DNA from: an uncultured Alphaproteobacteria bacterium
GTDB taxonomy: Bacteria; Pseudomonadota; Alphaproteobacteria; Rhizobiales; Beijerinckiaceae
DNA length: 64,000 nt
Reading direction: 5' to 3'
NCBI GenBank assembly: GCA_963802615.1
Contig: CAWDKC010000021.1
Coordinates: 1-64,000, forward strand
The notes beneath the pieces are model-generated. The model was not told where the DNA came from. It saw only the letters and a list, made by a program, of their open reading frames with translations, and did not search any database. The position numbers were made by a program, and so were the translations under genes. Shown in pieces: positions 31,186 through 40,832 of this stretch. How positions within the stretch are numbered: the first letter of the stretch is position 1; the number at the start of each line of letters is the position of its first letter.

Positions 31186-32145
31186 ATGGCGCGTCGCGTT
31201 TCGCCTGTGTTGCTCGCGTTCGTCGCGGCTCTGTGCCTCACGAGCTGCGGTTTCATCGGCCGCCCCGAGCGGCCGGTCTGGCGCGCGCAGGCCGAAAACG
31301 CCTGCTTCGCCCGCAAGCAGGTCACCCTCTCCGACACGATCGTCTCCGCGCCCGAAATCGACGGGCCCGGCATCTGCGGCATGACCCGTCCGCTGAAAGT
31401 CTCGGCGCTGGCCAATGGCGCGATCGCGGTCGACAAGACCCTCACCATCGACTGTCCGATGATCCCGGCGCTCGAGGCGTGGCTCGACGCCATCGTCGAA
31501 CCCGACGCTCAGGCCCGGTTCGGGCAGAGAGTGACGACCGTCAAAGTGTTCGGCGCCTACAGCTGCCGGGGCATCGACAACCAGCCCGGCGCCCGCCTTT
31601 CCGAGCACGCCTTCGGCAATGCGGTCGATGTGGCGGGCTTCACGCTCGCCGACGGCCGGACGATCGACTTCGTCCGCGACTGGAAGGCGCCCGACACTCA
31701 GGAAGCCGCTTTCCTGCACGAGGTCCACGCGGGCGCGTGCCAGTATTTCACCACCGTCCTAGGCCCCGGCGCGGACGTGTTCCACTACAACCACATCCAC
31801 CTCGATCTCGCCAATCACGGCTCGACCGACACGGGGCCCCGGCGCATCTGCAAGCCGACGCCCGCGCCCGACCTCTTGCCGCCGCCCGCGGCGCCCGACG
31901 GCCTGCCGCCCGCGCCCGATATCCAGGAGCCGCTCGACATCGCGCATCTGAGCGCGCCGGAGGCGCCCCTCGCGCCGGACGCCGCCCCTGTTTCCCCGGA
32001 CCCTTCGTCCGGGCCGGGCGATGGACCCGACGGCGCCTTGCCGCCGGCCCCGATCGGCCAGATCGAGCCAAAGCCGCCGATCCTGCCGGCCGGGGTCTAT
32101 CCCGCCGTCGACACGCAGCCCACGTCGTCGATCCGCGACCACTAG
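31186..32145 (+). CDS. extensin-like C-terminal domain lipoprotein
   Basis: Lipobox LTSCG; FGNAVDVAGFTLADGRTIDFVRDW; Pro-rich tail. Confidence 0.7.
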   Translation: MARRVSPVLLAFVAALCLTSCGFIGRPERPVWRAQAENACFARKQVTLSDTIVSAPEIDGPGICGMTRPLKVSALANGAIAVDKTLTIDCPMIPALEAWLDAIVEPDAQARFGQRVTTVKVFGAYSCRGIDNQPGARLSEHAFGNAVDVAGFTLADGRTIDFVRDWKAPDTQEAAFLHEVHAGACQYFTTVLGPGADVFHYNHIHLDLANHGSTDTGPRRICKPTPAPDLLPPPAAPDGLPPAPDIQEPLDIAHLSAPEAPLAPDAAPVSPDPSSGPGDGPDGALPPAPIGQIEPKPPILPAGVYPAVDTQPTSSIRDH

Positions 32146-32234
32146 CCGCGCCTCCGACTCGCCCGTCGCAGCCCAAAGCGATCCCCGGAGCGATGGTCCG
32201 GGGGGTCAAATAAACGCCAATAAACGCGCTTAAA

Positions 32235-32285
32235 CGCTAGTAAACGCTAGTAAAAGTGCTAGCGTTTACTAACGTTTATTTTTTC
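32235..32285 (+). terminator. AT-rich hairpin (16-bp stem with 12 perfect pairs, 8-nt loop) followed by TTTATTTTTT
   Basis: cgctagtaaacgctag-taaaagtg-ctagcgtttactaacg. Preceded by four 10-bp TAAACGCnnn direct repeats at 32211-32250. Confidence 0.5.
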
Positions 32286-32777
32286 GAATCGAGCCTTTTC
32301 AATGGGTTATGGCCAATTCAAATAAAAAAATCCGTCCGCCTATCCAGCCCCTGCAATCCTCTCAAGCCCGACGTGAAATGTCTCGGCCTTCTCGCGTTCA
32401 TACGTCTCCGGTCGCGCCCGCCTAAGCCGGAGTTGGATCCGGCGACTAGAAGACGTATAACATCAATTCAGAAATTCCGCAACAAATTGCACAACTCACG
32501 GGTCAACAAATTGCGCGAACTCACGGGTTCGGACAATTCCGCTGAACGCCTCAGGCGCCAGATTGGAAATCCAATGGCTTGCTTGCGCTTTGACCACCTG
32601 CGGCATTGCCGCCGAGCGAAGCCAACTCCGTGGGCGGATCTTTTCGCTTCACAAGATGGTGAGGCCAGCGGGCGGAACGGTTGGACCGAAATATATGATT
32701 ACGGGTAGGGGAATAAATTGGGCCCACGGTTGTTCTGGTTGTGAGCGCCGTATGTCGCGGTTACAATCGGAGCGTCG

Positions 32778-33830
32778 ATGGTCGAGTTCGCCAAGCTTGT
32801 CTCGCTGGCTACTGCGGTCCCACCTCATGTCTTGAGCCAATCCGACGTCGCGGCAGCCGCGAACCAGGGCTTCGCCGGGCGTTATGACGACTTCGAGCGC
32901 CTGGCGCGAGTTTTCAAGAGCTCTGGAATTCGTCGGCGCCATGCCGTGCGTCCAATCGACTGGTATCTGACGCCGCTGGGCTGGCCCGAGCGCACGACCG
33001 CCTATCTTGAGGGAGCGTGCGACCTCTTTGTCGACGCGGCGAACCGCGCTCTCGACGCCGCCGAACTTGACGCCGCCGATGTCGACACGATCGTCACGAT
33101 CTCATCGACCGGGATTGCGACGCCCAGTCTCGAGGCAAGAGTCGCCGGGCGCATGGGGTTTCGCGCCGATGTCGAGCGCGTTCCCGTCTTCGGACTTGGC
33201 TGCGCCGGCGGCGTCTCCGGGTTCTCGATCGCCTCCCGCCTCGCCTGCTCGCGTCCGGGCAGCATTGTCTTGCTGGTCGCGGTCGAAGTTTGCACCCTGG
33301 CCTTCCGGCTCGATGAATTGACCAAGGCGAATATCGTCGCCACCGCGCTCTTCGGCGACGGCGCGGCGGCTTGCGTGCTGAGGGCCTACGACGGCGGCGC
33401 CGCCGCGGTTGAGATGAGCGGTCAGCACACCTGGCCTGACACGCTCGACATCATGGGTTGGAGAATCGATCCGCAAGGCTTCGGCGTCATATTCGACCGG
33501 GCGATTCCGCCATTCGCGCAACAGCATATCGCGCCGGCGGTTGCCGGCATTCTGGCGCGCGGGGGATTGGCTCTCGAAGATGTCGATCGCTTTGCCTGTC
33601 ATCCCGGCGGCTCGAAGGTCATCGCGGCGCTCGAACTCGCGCTGTCGCTCGAGCAGGGTTCTCTCGACCATGAACGCGCCGTCCTGGCGGAGTACGGCAA
33701 TATGTCGTCGCCGACGGTGCTCTTCGTTCTGGATCGCATCATGCGCGCAGGCCTGCCTTCGCGCACTTTGCTGACCGCGATGGGGCCTGGTTTCACCGCG
33801 AGCTGCGTCTCCCTGAAGAGAGCCGCGTGA
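32778..33830 (+). CDS. type III polyketide synthase (chalcone/stilbene synthase superfamily)
   Basis: Cys in VFGLGCAGGVSG, His in FACHPGGSKV, Asn in EYGNMSSPTV. Confidence 0.9.
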   Translation: MVEFAKLVSLATAVPPHVLSQSDVAAAANQGFAGRYDDFERLARVFKSSGIRRRHAVRPIDWYLTPLGWPERTTAYLEGACDLFVDAANRALDAAELDAADVDTIVTISSTGIATPSLEARVAGRMGFRADVERVPVFGLGCAGGVSGFSIASRLACSRPGSIVLLVAVEVCTLAFRLDELTKANIVATALFGDGAAACVLRAYDGGAAAVEMSGQHTWPDTLDIMGWRIDPQGFGVIFDRAIPPFAQQHIAPAVAGILARGGLALEDVDRFACHPGGSKVIAALELALSLEQGSLDHERAVLAEYGNMSSPTVLFVLDRIMRAGLPSRTLLTAMGPGFTASCVSLKRAA

Positions 33831-33839
33831 CAGCGGCCG

Positions 33840-34335
33840 GCTCTGCTGCTCGGATTTGTCACCGCGGAACGGATTGCGGAACTTTATCTCGCGCGCCGCA
33901 ACACGGCAGCGCTTCTTGCAAAGGGCGCCGTCGAATTTGCTCCCCGACACTATCCAGCGATTGTGCTGATGCACGTCCTCTGGTTAGCCGCGCTGTGGAT
34001 TTTCGGCGCGACGCGCGTGATTGATATCGACCTGGCTTGCAATCTTTCTGTCACTCCAGGTTCTGCGCGTCTGGATTCTGATGACGCTTGGCTCTCGCTG
34101 GACCACGCGTATCATCGTCCTTCCAGGCGCGCCGCTCGTATCGAATGGGCCCTACCGCATTCTCTCGCACCCGAACTATCTCGTCGTCGTTGGCGAGATC
34201 GCCGCCCTGCCGCTTTGCCTTGGCCTGCCTTGGCTTGCTCTGATCTTCTCCGCAGCCAATGCGATTCTGCTATCGATCCGTATCCGTGCCGAGACGAACG
34301 CATTGACCGGATCACGCTGTGTCGAACACGCTTGA
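33840..34335 (+). CDS. isoprenylcysteine-carboxyl-methyltransferase (ICMT)-family membrane methyltransferase, frame break near 34010
   Basis: ..PAIVLMHVLWLAALWIFGA in frame of ORF 33963, then VLPGAPLVSNGPYRILSHPNYLVVVGEIAALPL in ORF 34021..34335. Confidence 0.7.
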
Positions 34336-35873
34336 GCACAAAACCCCGGTCGCTGCGTTAGCCTCGACGTCGATCGGCTTTGCGATGATGTGCGTCGGCA
34401 TGTTCATGGCGATCCTCGACGTGCAGGTCGTGGCGACGTCGCTGCCGACGATTCAGAGCGCGCTCGACATTCCGCCCGATCAGATGAGCTGGGTGCAGAC
34501 CGCTTATCTCATCGCAGAGGTTGTCGCGATCCCGCTGACCGGCTTGCTCACGCGCCTGCTCAGCATGTGCTGGCTGTTCGTGCTGTCCATTTCCGTCTTT
34601 ACGCTGGCTTCGGTGGGGTGCGCGGCGAGCGACACTTTCCCCGCGCTGATCGCATGGCGAGTTTTGCAGGGCTTTTCCGGGGGCACGCTGATCCCGGCGT
34701 CTTTTCAGCGGTGTTCCTCCTGTTCCCAGTCAGCGCGGCAGGGTCTTGCAACCACGTTCGCCGGCGTGCTGGCGGTGCTTGCGCCCACCGTCGGACCGAT
34801 CGTCGGCGGATGGATCACCGAGACCTATTCCTGGCACTGGCTGTTCCTGATCAATGTCGCGCCCGGGATTGTTTCCGCGGTTCTCGCCGGCATCCTGTTG
34901 CCGAAGGAGCCGATGCGGCTTGGCGAGGCGCGCAACCTCGATGTGCTGTCGCTGCTCCTGTTGGCGATTGCGCTTGCCGCTCTGGAAATCGCGCTCAAGG
35001 AAGCGCCGACGCGCGGCTGGAGCTCCGGCCTCGTCGCGGTCTTATGGCGCTTGAGCCTGCGCGAGTTCGGTCGGTTTTATCCGACGCACGCTCAATGCGT
35101 CGCGCCCGATCGTTAGTCTCAGCACGTTCGCCGATCGAAGTTTCACGATCGGTTGCGTTCTGAGTTTCGTACTGGGGATCGGCCTGTTCGGCTCCGTTTA
35201 TCTCATGCCGGTCTTTCTGGCGTTCGTCAGAGGCCACAACGCCTTGGAGATCGGCGCGACCATGCTGGTCACGGGGGTCACGCAGCTGATGATGGCGCCG
35301 ATCGCCGTTGCGCTCGAACAGCGGGTGGAGGCGCGGCTCCTGACGTTCCTTGGATTTGGCGTTTTTGGCGTCGGTCTGGGCTTGAGCGGTCTGCAGACCC
35401 CGGAAACCGATTTCAACGGCATGTTCTGGCCGCAGGTCTTCGCGGACTCGCAATCATGTTTTGTCTGCTTCCCCCGACGCGGCTTGGCGCTTGGCCAGCT
35501 GGCGGCGAGCCGCGTGCCTGACGCGAGCGGCCTTTTCAATCTGATGCGCAATCTTGGCGGCGCGATCGGGCTCGCCATGATCGACACTGTGATCTACACG
35601 CGCTCGCCCGCGATCGGGAAAGCCTTCACAGAGAGGTTGGAGGCCGGGGATGTCGACACCGCGAAGTTTGTCGGCATACCTCTTGACATGTTCATGAGGC
35701 GCCCGACTGGTCCACTCGAAGGCCCGGCGCTCGCGATGGTGCAGTCGCTTGTCGAAAAGGCCGCGTTGGTTCAGGCGATCAACGAAGCCTGGATCATGAT
35801 CGCCGGTTTGACCATTGGCGCGCTGCTCTGTGTGCCTTTCGCCAAAAGGCCGTCCCAGCAGGGCGCCGTATAG
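34319..35873 (+). CDS. MFS transporter, DHA2 (EmrB/QacA) family, at least three frame breaks
   Basis: MFMAILDVQVVATSLPTIQ..WRVLQGFSGG in ORF 34319..35116. Later TM segments in frames 34390.., 35153.., 35205..35873. Confidence 0.75.
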
Positions 35874-35974
35874 AAGCGCAGCCGAGCAAACGTCTGCTCG
35901 CCGCACCATGCAAAGCCACAGCGCTCTGTTGTGCGAGGTTCGGGTGAACATTGTGAAGTAAAGTGCATCGGCCG

Positions 35975-36084
35975 GCGGGCGGGATCCCCTTGCCTGCGTC
36001 GGCGCTGCGGTCGCCAACGCCGTGTTCAACGCCACAGGCAAGCGCGTGCGCGACCTGCCGATCACTCTCGACAAGGTGATGTAA
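35975..36084 (+). pseudogene. about 40-aa C-terminal remnant of a xanthine-dehydrogenase/aldehyde-oxidase-family molybdopterin-binding subunit
   Basis: DPLACVGAAVANAVFNATGKRVRDLPITLDKVM-stop; an in-frame stop lies immediately upstream, so only the tail is present. Confidence 0.45.
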
Positions 36085-36127
36085 GCGAATCGTTTCGCTG
36101 CCTCGACGTGGGGCGCGGTCCGGGTTG

Positions 36128-36770
36128 TCAGCCGAGATTGGGTTGGGTGGCTTTGAAACTCGGCAAGGCTTGCATCTTCGTCCACCAGTCCGCAAAGCCG
36201 GGGACGTTGAAAAGCGCGTCCTTGTCCGGCGTGAGCGAGACGTAAAAAACAATCGGCGCGAGATAGAGGTCGGCGAGGCTCAAGTCGCCGGCAATGAACG
36301 GGGAAGAGCCCTTCGTCTTCATGGCGAGTTCGATCATCTTGCGGCCGTTCTCAAGGCCGCCCTTTCGCATCGCCTCGTTCTTGCCGCCGACGAAATCCGG
36401 AAACAGATGATAGGCGACGACGCCGCCGAGCAGGGCGCCGTAGCCGTAAGAATCGATGGCGCTGATCACCATATCCATGCGCGCGCGATCCTTGGGCGAC
36501 GACGGGATCAGCGACTTGCCGGGGAGGACATCGTTGAGGTAGCGCGTAATGGCGGAGGTTTCCAGAATGCGCATGCCGTCATGGTCGAGGACCGGGACTT
36601 TGCCGAACGGATGACGCTCGAGATGCTCGGGCGTTTTCGGATCGCCCTTGAGCACGTTGAGTTGCACCTGTTTGAACTCAGTCGCGCCGTTTTCAGCGAG
36701 GACCATCTTGACCGTGCGAACGTAGGTGGAGCCGTCAAAGCCCGGAGAAAGTCATGTCCGACATGGGTTC
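36128..36770 (-). CDS. glutathione S-transferase, frame break near 36745
   Basis: HPFGKVPVLDHDG..ETSAITRYL thioredoxin-like N-domain; probable start MTFSGL.. in another frame. Confidence 0.8.
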
Positions 36771-36976
36771 CTGTCCCTTCTCGATGCGCCATTCAGCCGA
36801 GCGCGCAAGACTAAAGGGAATTGCCCGGTGAGGCCAGCGATCTGAAAATCACGATCTGGGTAGCAGACGGGAGCGGCAACGCGATATGCCGGAGTCCGGA
36901 TTGCCCGCGTTGCGCGGGAATGGCACGATGACCAGCCGCGATTCCGTCTGAACGCGCGTTGTTCCTGAGGAGAGCC

Positions 36977-37810
36977 TCAGCCGGCGTCTTCGGTCTTGGC
37001 CCGCGTCTTCGGCTTCGCGCCCTTCGCGGGCTTGCCGAGGTCGCGCAAGGAACCGTTCTGCGCGATTATCTGGCGGATCGCCTCGACATTGGCCCGCGCC
37101 GCGTCTGGCGAAAGGTCGGCTTGGCCGACCGTCTCGGCCTCGCCGTATTTCCCTTCCAGCGCCAGAACCAGAGCGAGGTCGCCGCGCATCCGCGCGTCGG
37201 CTTTGGGACTCGCGACGGCTTGCTTCAGCGCCTGCTCGGCCTCGGGCAATTTTTTTGCCAAAGCGAGCGAAAGCCCCATATTGGTCAGCACGCTTGGCTC
37301 GCCCGGCGCGATTTTCAGCGCGTCGCGATAGAATTGCATGGCGCTCGCATGGTCGCCGAGCCGGTCGGCGACCGTGCCCTGCACCGACATGACGTCCCAG
37401 CGCGGATCGTCGGGGGTATAGGCGTGGGAGAGCACGTCTTTGGCTTGCGCGAGCTGGCCGGAATCGGCCAGCGCCTTGCCGTATTCGCCGAGTACGTCGA
37501 AATCCTTCGGCGCCTTGATGGCCGCCGTCTGGATGACGGCGACCGCCTCGCTGTATCGGGTCAGCGCCCGCAACGCGCGTGCGTATTCGATCGAAGCCGT
37601 CTTCTCGCCGGGATTGCGTTCGTAGCGCTTGCCCGCCTCATCGGCGTAAGCCCGGAGCTTCGCCTCGTCCGTCGGCTGAGCCGAGGACCCGGGAATGGAC
37701 CCGGTGACGTCGCCGAAGTCGTGGCAGCCGGCCAGCGACGCGGCTACGCCTGCGAGACAGGCGACGAAGAGCGCGCGCAGGCGGGCGGGGCGGGAGGACA
37801 TTTGCGGCAT
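36977..37810 (-). CDS. tetratricopeptide-repeat lipoprotein
   Basis: Lipobox SLAGC; repeated A-x-YxxALxxxP helical pairs. Confidence 0.7.
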   Translation of the reverse strand: MPQMSSRPARLRALFVACLAGVAASLAGCHDFGDVTGSIPGSSAQPTDEAKLRAYADEAGKRYERNPGEKTASIEYARALRALTRYSEAVAVIQTAAIKAPKDFDVLGEYGKALADSGQLAQAKDVLSHAYTPDDPRWDVMSVQGTVADRLGDHASAMQFYRDALKIAPGEPSVLTNMGLSLALAKKLPEAEQALKQAVASPKADARMRGDLALVLALEGKYGEAETVGQADLSPDAARANVEAIRQIIAQNGSLRDLGKPAKGAKPKTRAKTEDAG

Positions 37811-37899
37811 CGGAGCCCCAAGGACGGACGGAACGGCGTTAAGGGTCCGTCCCGAACCTTGCTCCAGGCTGCCCCGTCAGGGCTTGGCCGAACAATTCC

Positions 37900-38112
37900 T
37901 CAAGGTCGGCGCCGCAAATCCTTCTGCACCTCTTCCAGAAGCAGGTAAGTGGCGCGCAGGCCGATGGAGAGATTCTTCAGCCCCCAGGCCATATTGCTCA
38001 GCGCCGACCTGAGATGCATGTCCACTTCATCGTTCGTCGTCGTTTTCACCTGCTGCAACTCGTGCATGGCGAATTGAAACGCGTCTTCAGCGGTTTCGGT
38101 CGGACTGCTCAT
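37900..38112 (-). CDS. small hypothetical protein (70 aa)
   Basis: ORF 37900..38112 with a plausible helical sequence; no family recognised. Confidence 0.35.
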   Translation of the reverse strand: MSSPTETAEDAFQFAMHELQQVKTTTNDEVDMHLRSALSNMAWGLKNLSIGLRATYLLLEEVQKDLRRRP

Positions 38113-38140
38113 TTCGATTATCCTCCAGCGTTTCGTTAGG

Positions 38141-38320
38141 TCATGGTCGGGCGGCCAGGATCGCGAAGGCGCGTCCCCGGCGCGACGGCGTCAGGCGTGC
38201 TGTTTCCAAGCGCGGAGCTTTGTAGACGATCCGAACCGGAACTTGGTGACGGGTCGGTTCGCACGCGAGCGTCAGACCCACGGGGCCCGCGCCGACGATC
38301 CGTGCGGGCGTGTTCATTGG
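38141..38320 (-). pseudogene. N-terminal remnant (about 35-55 aa) of an FAD-dependent aromatic-ring monooxygenase
   Basis: MNTPARIVGAGPVGLTLACEPTRHQVPVRIVYKAPRL.. is the classic Rossmann start of UbiH/PheA-type hydroxylases; the ORF then degenerates and stops. Confidence 0.45.
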
Positions 38321-38352
38321 CGTCCTCCTGATCTGACCGACGCTGCACGTTT

Positions 38353-38970
38353 CTATTCGTCGGGCTGAGATGCGCCCACGCGTCTGAGCGCTGTGGAGGA
38401 TAGGCTGGAGCGCGGCCCGTGCAGAAAGAGGAGCGTCGGCGGCTTCATGCTTGCGAAGCGCGAGGCGTCCCGCTCCGGAACGCGCCAGCGCCCAAGCGCC
38501 GCGCCGGCCGGGCTCGAGATCGCCTTCAGGGTAGAGCCAGGTCGATCGACGACGACGATCGGGACAAGATCGGCGATCAAGCGCCAGTGACGCCAGAGAT
38601 GGAACTGGCGAAGGTTGTCGGCGCCCATGATCCAGACGAAATGGACGCCCGGCGCGCGGCGCTTGAGCCACAAAAGCGTGTCGTAAGTGAAGCGGGAGCC
38701 GATCTGCCCCTCGATGTCGGTAACCACGACGCGAGGCCCGACGTCGAGCTGGCGCGCGGCCTCCATGCGCGCGTTGAGCGCCGCCAGGCCCGTCAGCGAC
38801 TTCAGTGGATTGCCGGGCGTCACCAGCCACCAGACGCGGTCGAGCGCGAGCCGGCGTAGCGCGAGCCGCGTGATGAGCCCATGGCCCTCGTGCGGCGGAT
38901 TGAACGACCCGCCGAGGAGGCCAATACGCAGTCCCGGCGCGAACGGCGGCAGGCGCGGAATGCGCGTCAC
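38353..38970 (-). CDS. nadD: nicotinate-nucleotide adenylyltransferase
   Basis: [15 protein letters not shown]; WIMGADNL. Confidence 0.85.
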   Translation of the reverse strand: MTRIPRLPPFAPGLRIGLLGGSFNPPHEGHGLITRLALRRLALDRVWWLVTPGNPLKSLTGLAALNARMEAARQLDVGPRVVVTDIEGQIGSRFTYDTLLWLKRRAPGVHFVWIMGADNLRQFHLWRHWRLIADLVPIVVVDRPGSTLKAISSPAGAALGRWRVPERDASRFASMKPPTLLFLHGPRSSLSSTALRRVGASQPDE

Positions 38971-40054
38971 GATTCCGCCTGAGCCGCGAGGAGCTCCGCC
39001 TGACGTTCGGCCGTGAGTTCGTCAATGATCTCGTCGAGACCCTCCCCTTCCATGATCCGTTCGAGCGAATAGAGGGTCAGGTTGATGCGATGGTCGGTCA
39101 CCCGCCCTTGCGGGAAATTATAGGTTCGGACGCGCTGCGATCGGTCGCCGGAGCCGACCTGCGAGCGCCGGTCCTGGGCGCGATCGGCGTCGAGCTTCTG
39201 GTTTTTGGCGTCGAGGATTCGCGAGCGCAGGATGGCCATCGCCTTGGCGCGGTTGCGATGCTGCGAACGCTCCTCCTGCATCGCGACCACCACGCCGGTC
39301 GGCAGATGGGTGATGCGAATCGCCGATTCGGTCTTGTTGACATGCTGGCCGCCGGCGCCGCTCGAGCGCATGGTGTCGATCTTGAGATCGGCCTCGTTGA
39401 TCACGAAGTCCGCTTCCTCGGGGATCGGAAGCACGGCGACGGTCGCGGCCGAGGTGTGGATGCGCCCCTGGGTCTCGGTCGTCGGCACGCGTTGCACCCG
39501 ATGGACGCCGCTCTCGAACTTGAGCCGGGCGAAAACGCCGCGGCCGGAAACCTCGGCCACGATCTCCTTGAATCCCCCCGCCGTCCCCTCGCTTGACGAC
39601 AGGACTTCGACTTTCCAGCGCTTCCGCTCCGCATATTTGACATAGAGGCGGAACAAGTCGCCGGCGAACAGGGCGGCTTCGTCCCCCCCGTGCCCGCCCG
39701 GACCTCGATGATCGCGCTGCCCTCGTCGGCGGCGTCCTTTGGCAGGAGCGCAATCCGAATCGCCTTGGACATCGCTTCGGCTTCGTCTTCGACCGCGGCA
39801 AGCTCGGCCTCGGCCATGGCGCGCATGTCGGGAGCGAGATCCGGCTCGCGCAGGAGCGCCGCGAGATCCCTGCGCTCCTTTTCTTTGGACCGGAAGACCT
39901 CGATCGCCGCGACCACCGGCTCAAGCTCGTTGAGCTCGCGCGACAAGGCGGAATATTGCGTTCCCGACGCGCCCTCGGTGAGGCGAGCGGAGATTTCCTG
40001 GTGGCGGCGGAGGATGAGATCGAGATTGTCGTTGGCGGCCATGTGCGAACTCAA
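38967..40054 (-). CDS. prfA: peptide chain release factor 1, frame break near 39640
   Basis: [22 protein letters not shown] (PxT motif), [16 protein letters not shown] (GGQ). N-terminal half in ORF 39401..40054, C-terminal half in ORF 38967..39656. Confidence 0.85.
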
Positions 40055-40088
40055 GAAGCGGAAGCGACGGGGGCTAAGGACGCTCGCG

Positions 40089-40812
40089 TCGCTAGCAGCC
40101 TGTCGGGACTGAGGTTTGGTGGCGCCGGGCGGCGGAATTGCCTGTGGTGATGGGTTGGCGACGTCTGTGTTTGGCGCGGCGCTTGGCTCTTGACCCTTTG
40201 TTCAGGCGGCGGCGAGGACGAACATTCGCTTCAGGTTCCACGCCATGGTCGCTAGACTCCACTCGCCCCGCGCCTTGTCCAGCCCGCGCAGCGAAAACTG
40301 ACGGAATCCGAGAGGCCGATCGTTCCCATCTTCAGCACGCCCATCTCGCGCGCCAGCGCCAACACCTGAACGAACAAAGCCTCGATCTGTTTGAGAAATC
40401 GTCGCCTGAACGCCGCGATCGTGTCGTGGTCAGGGTGATCATTGGCGGCGATGAAACGGAACGCAACCGAGTCGTCCGTCGCCCGCTTCAGCTTGCGGCT
40501 CGAAAACACCCCCGTCGCGTAACCGCACACCAACACCCCCAACCGCATTCTGGGATGGCGCGCCGCAGACCCAGCGCCCCGATAACCGCCGACTATCGAC
40601 CGCAGATCGAGCCCGTCGATCACTTCGACAATGAAGCGCGCCAGATGCCTCTCCGGCAGCCACTCAGCCACCGAAGGCGGCGACAGAAACCCACTCCGCC
40701 GATCAACCGTGCGGAAATTGCTCATCGGCAGCCGGCCATCCCACGCCAGAATCAATCCGATGATAATATCCCGCACCCCATACCGCTGTTAAGTCCGACA
40801 GGCTGCTAGACG
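40089..40812 (-). mobile_element. MITE-like, internally deleted IS1182-family derivative with about 20-bp terminal inverted repeats
   Basis: cgctagcagcctgtcgggact (about 40089-40109) matches the reverse complement of aagtccgacaggctgctagacg (about 40791-40812). Encodes only about 170 N-terminal aa (ORF 40252..40776, related to the 1911..2786 N-domain) fused to a transposase-like tail ..MAWNLKRMFVLAAA. Confidence 0.6.
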
Positions 40813-40832
40813 AAACAATCGCCAGAACTCGC

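Noticed and set aside
32256-32708. 150-aa ORF filling the PKS leader region
   Set aside because: Mixed third-position GC unlike neighbouring genes, no recognisable fold or motif, and it overlaps the direct-repeat elements. Treated as non-coding regulatory DNA.
38967-40054. Release-factor frame break as an RF2-type programmed +1 frameshift
   Set aside because: The protein carries the RF1-specific PxT motif (PTT), and the break is at about residue 120 rather than at the CUU UGA site near codon 25 used by prfB. It is consistent with the window-wide indel errors instead.
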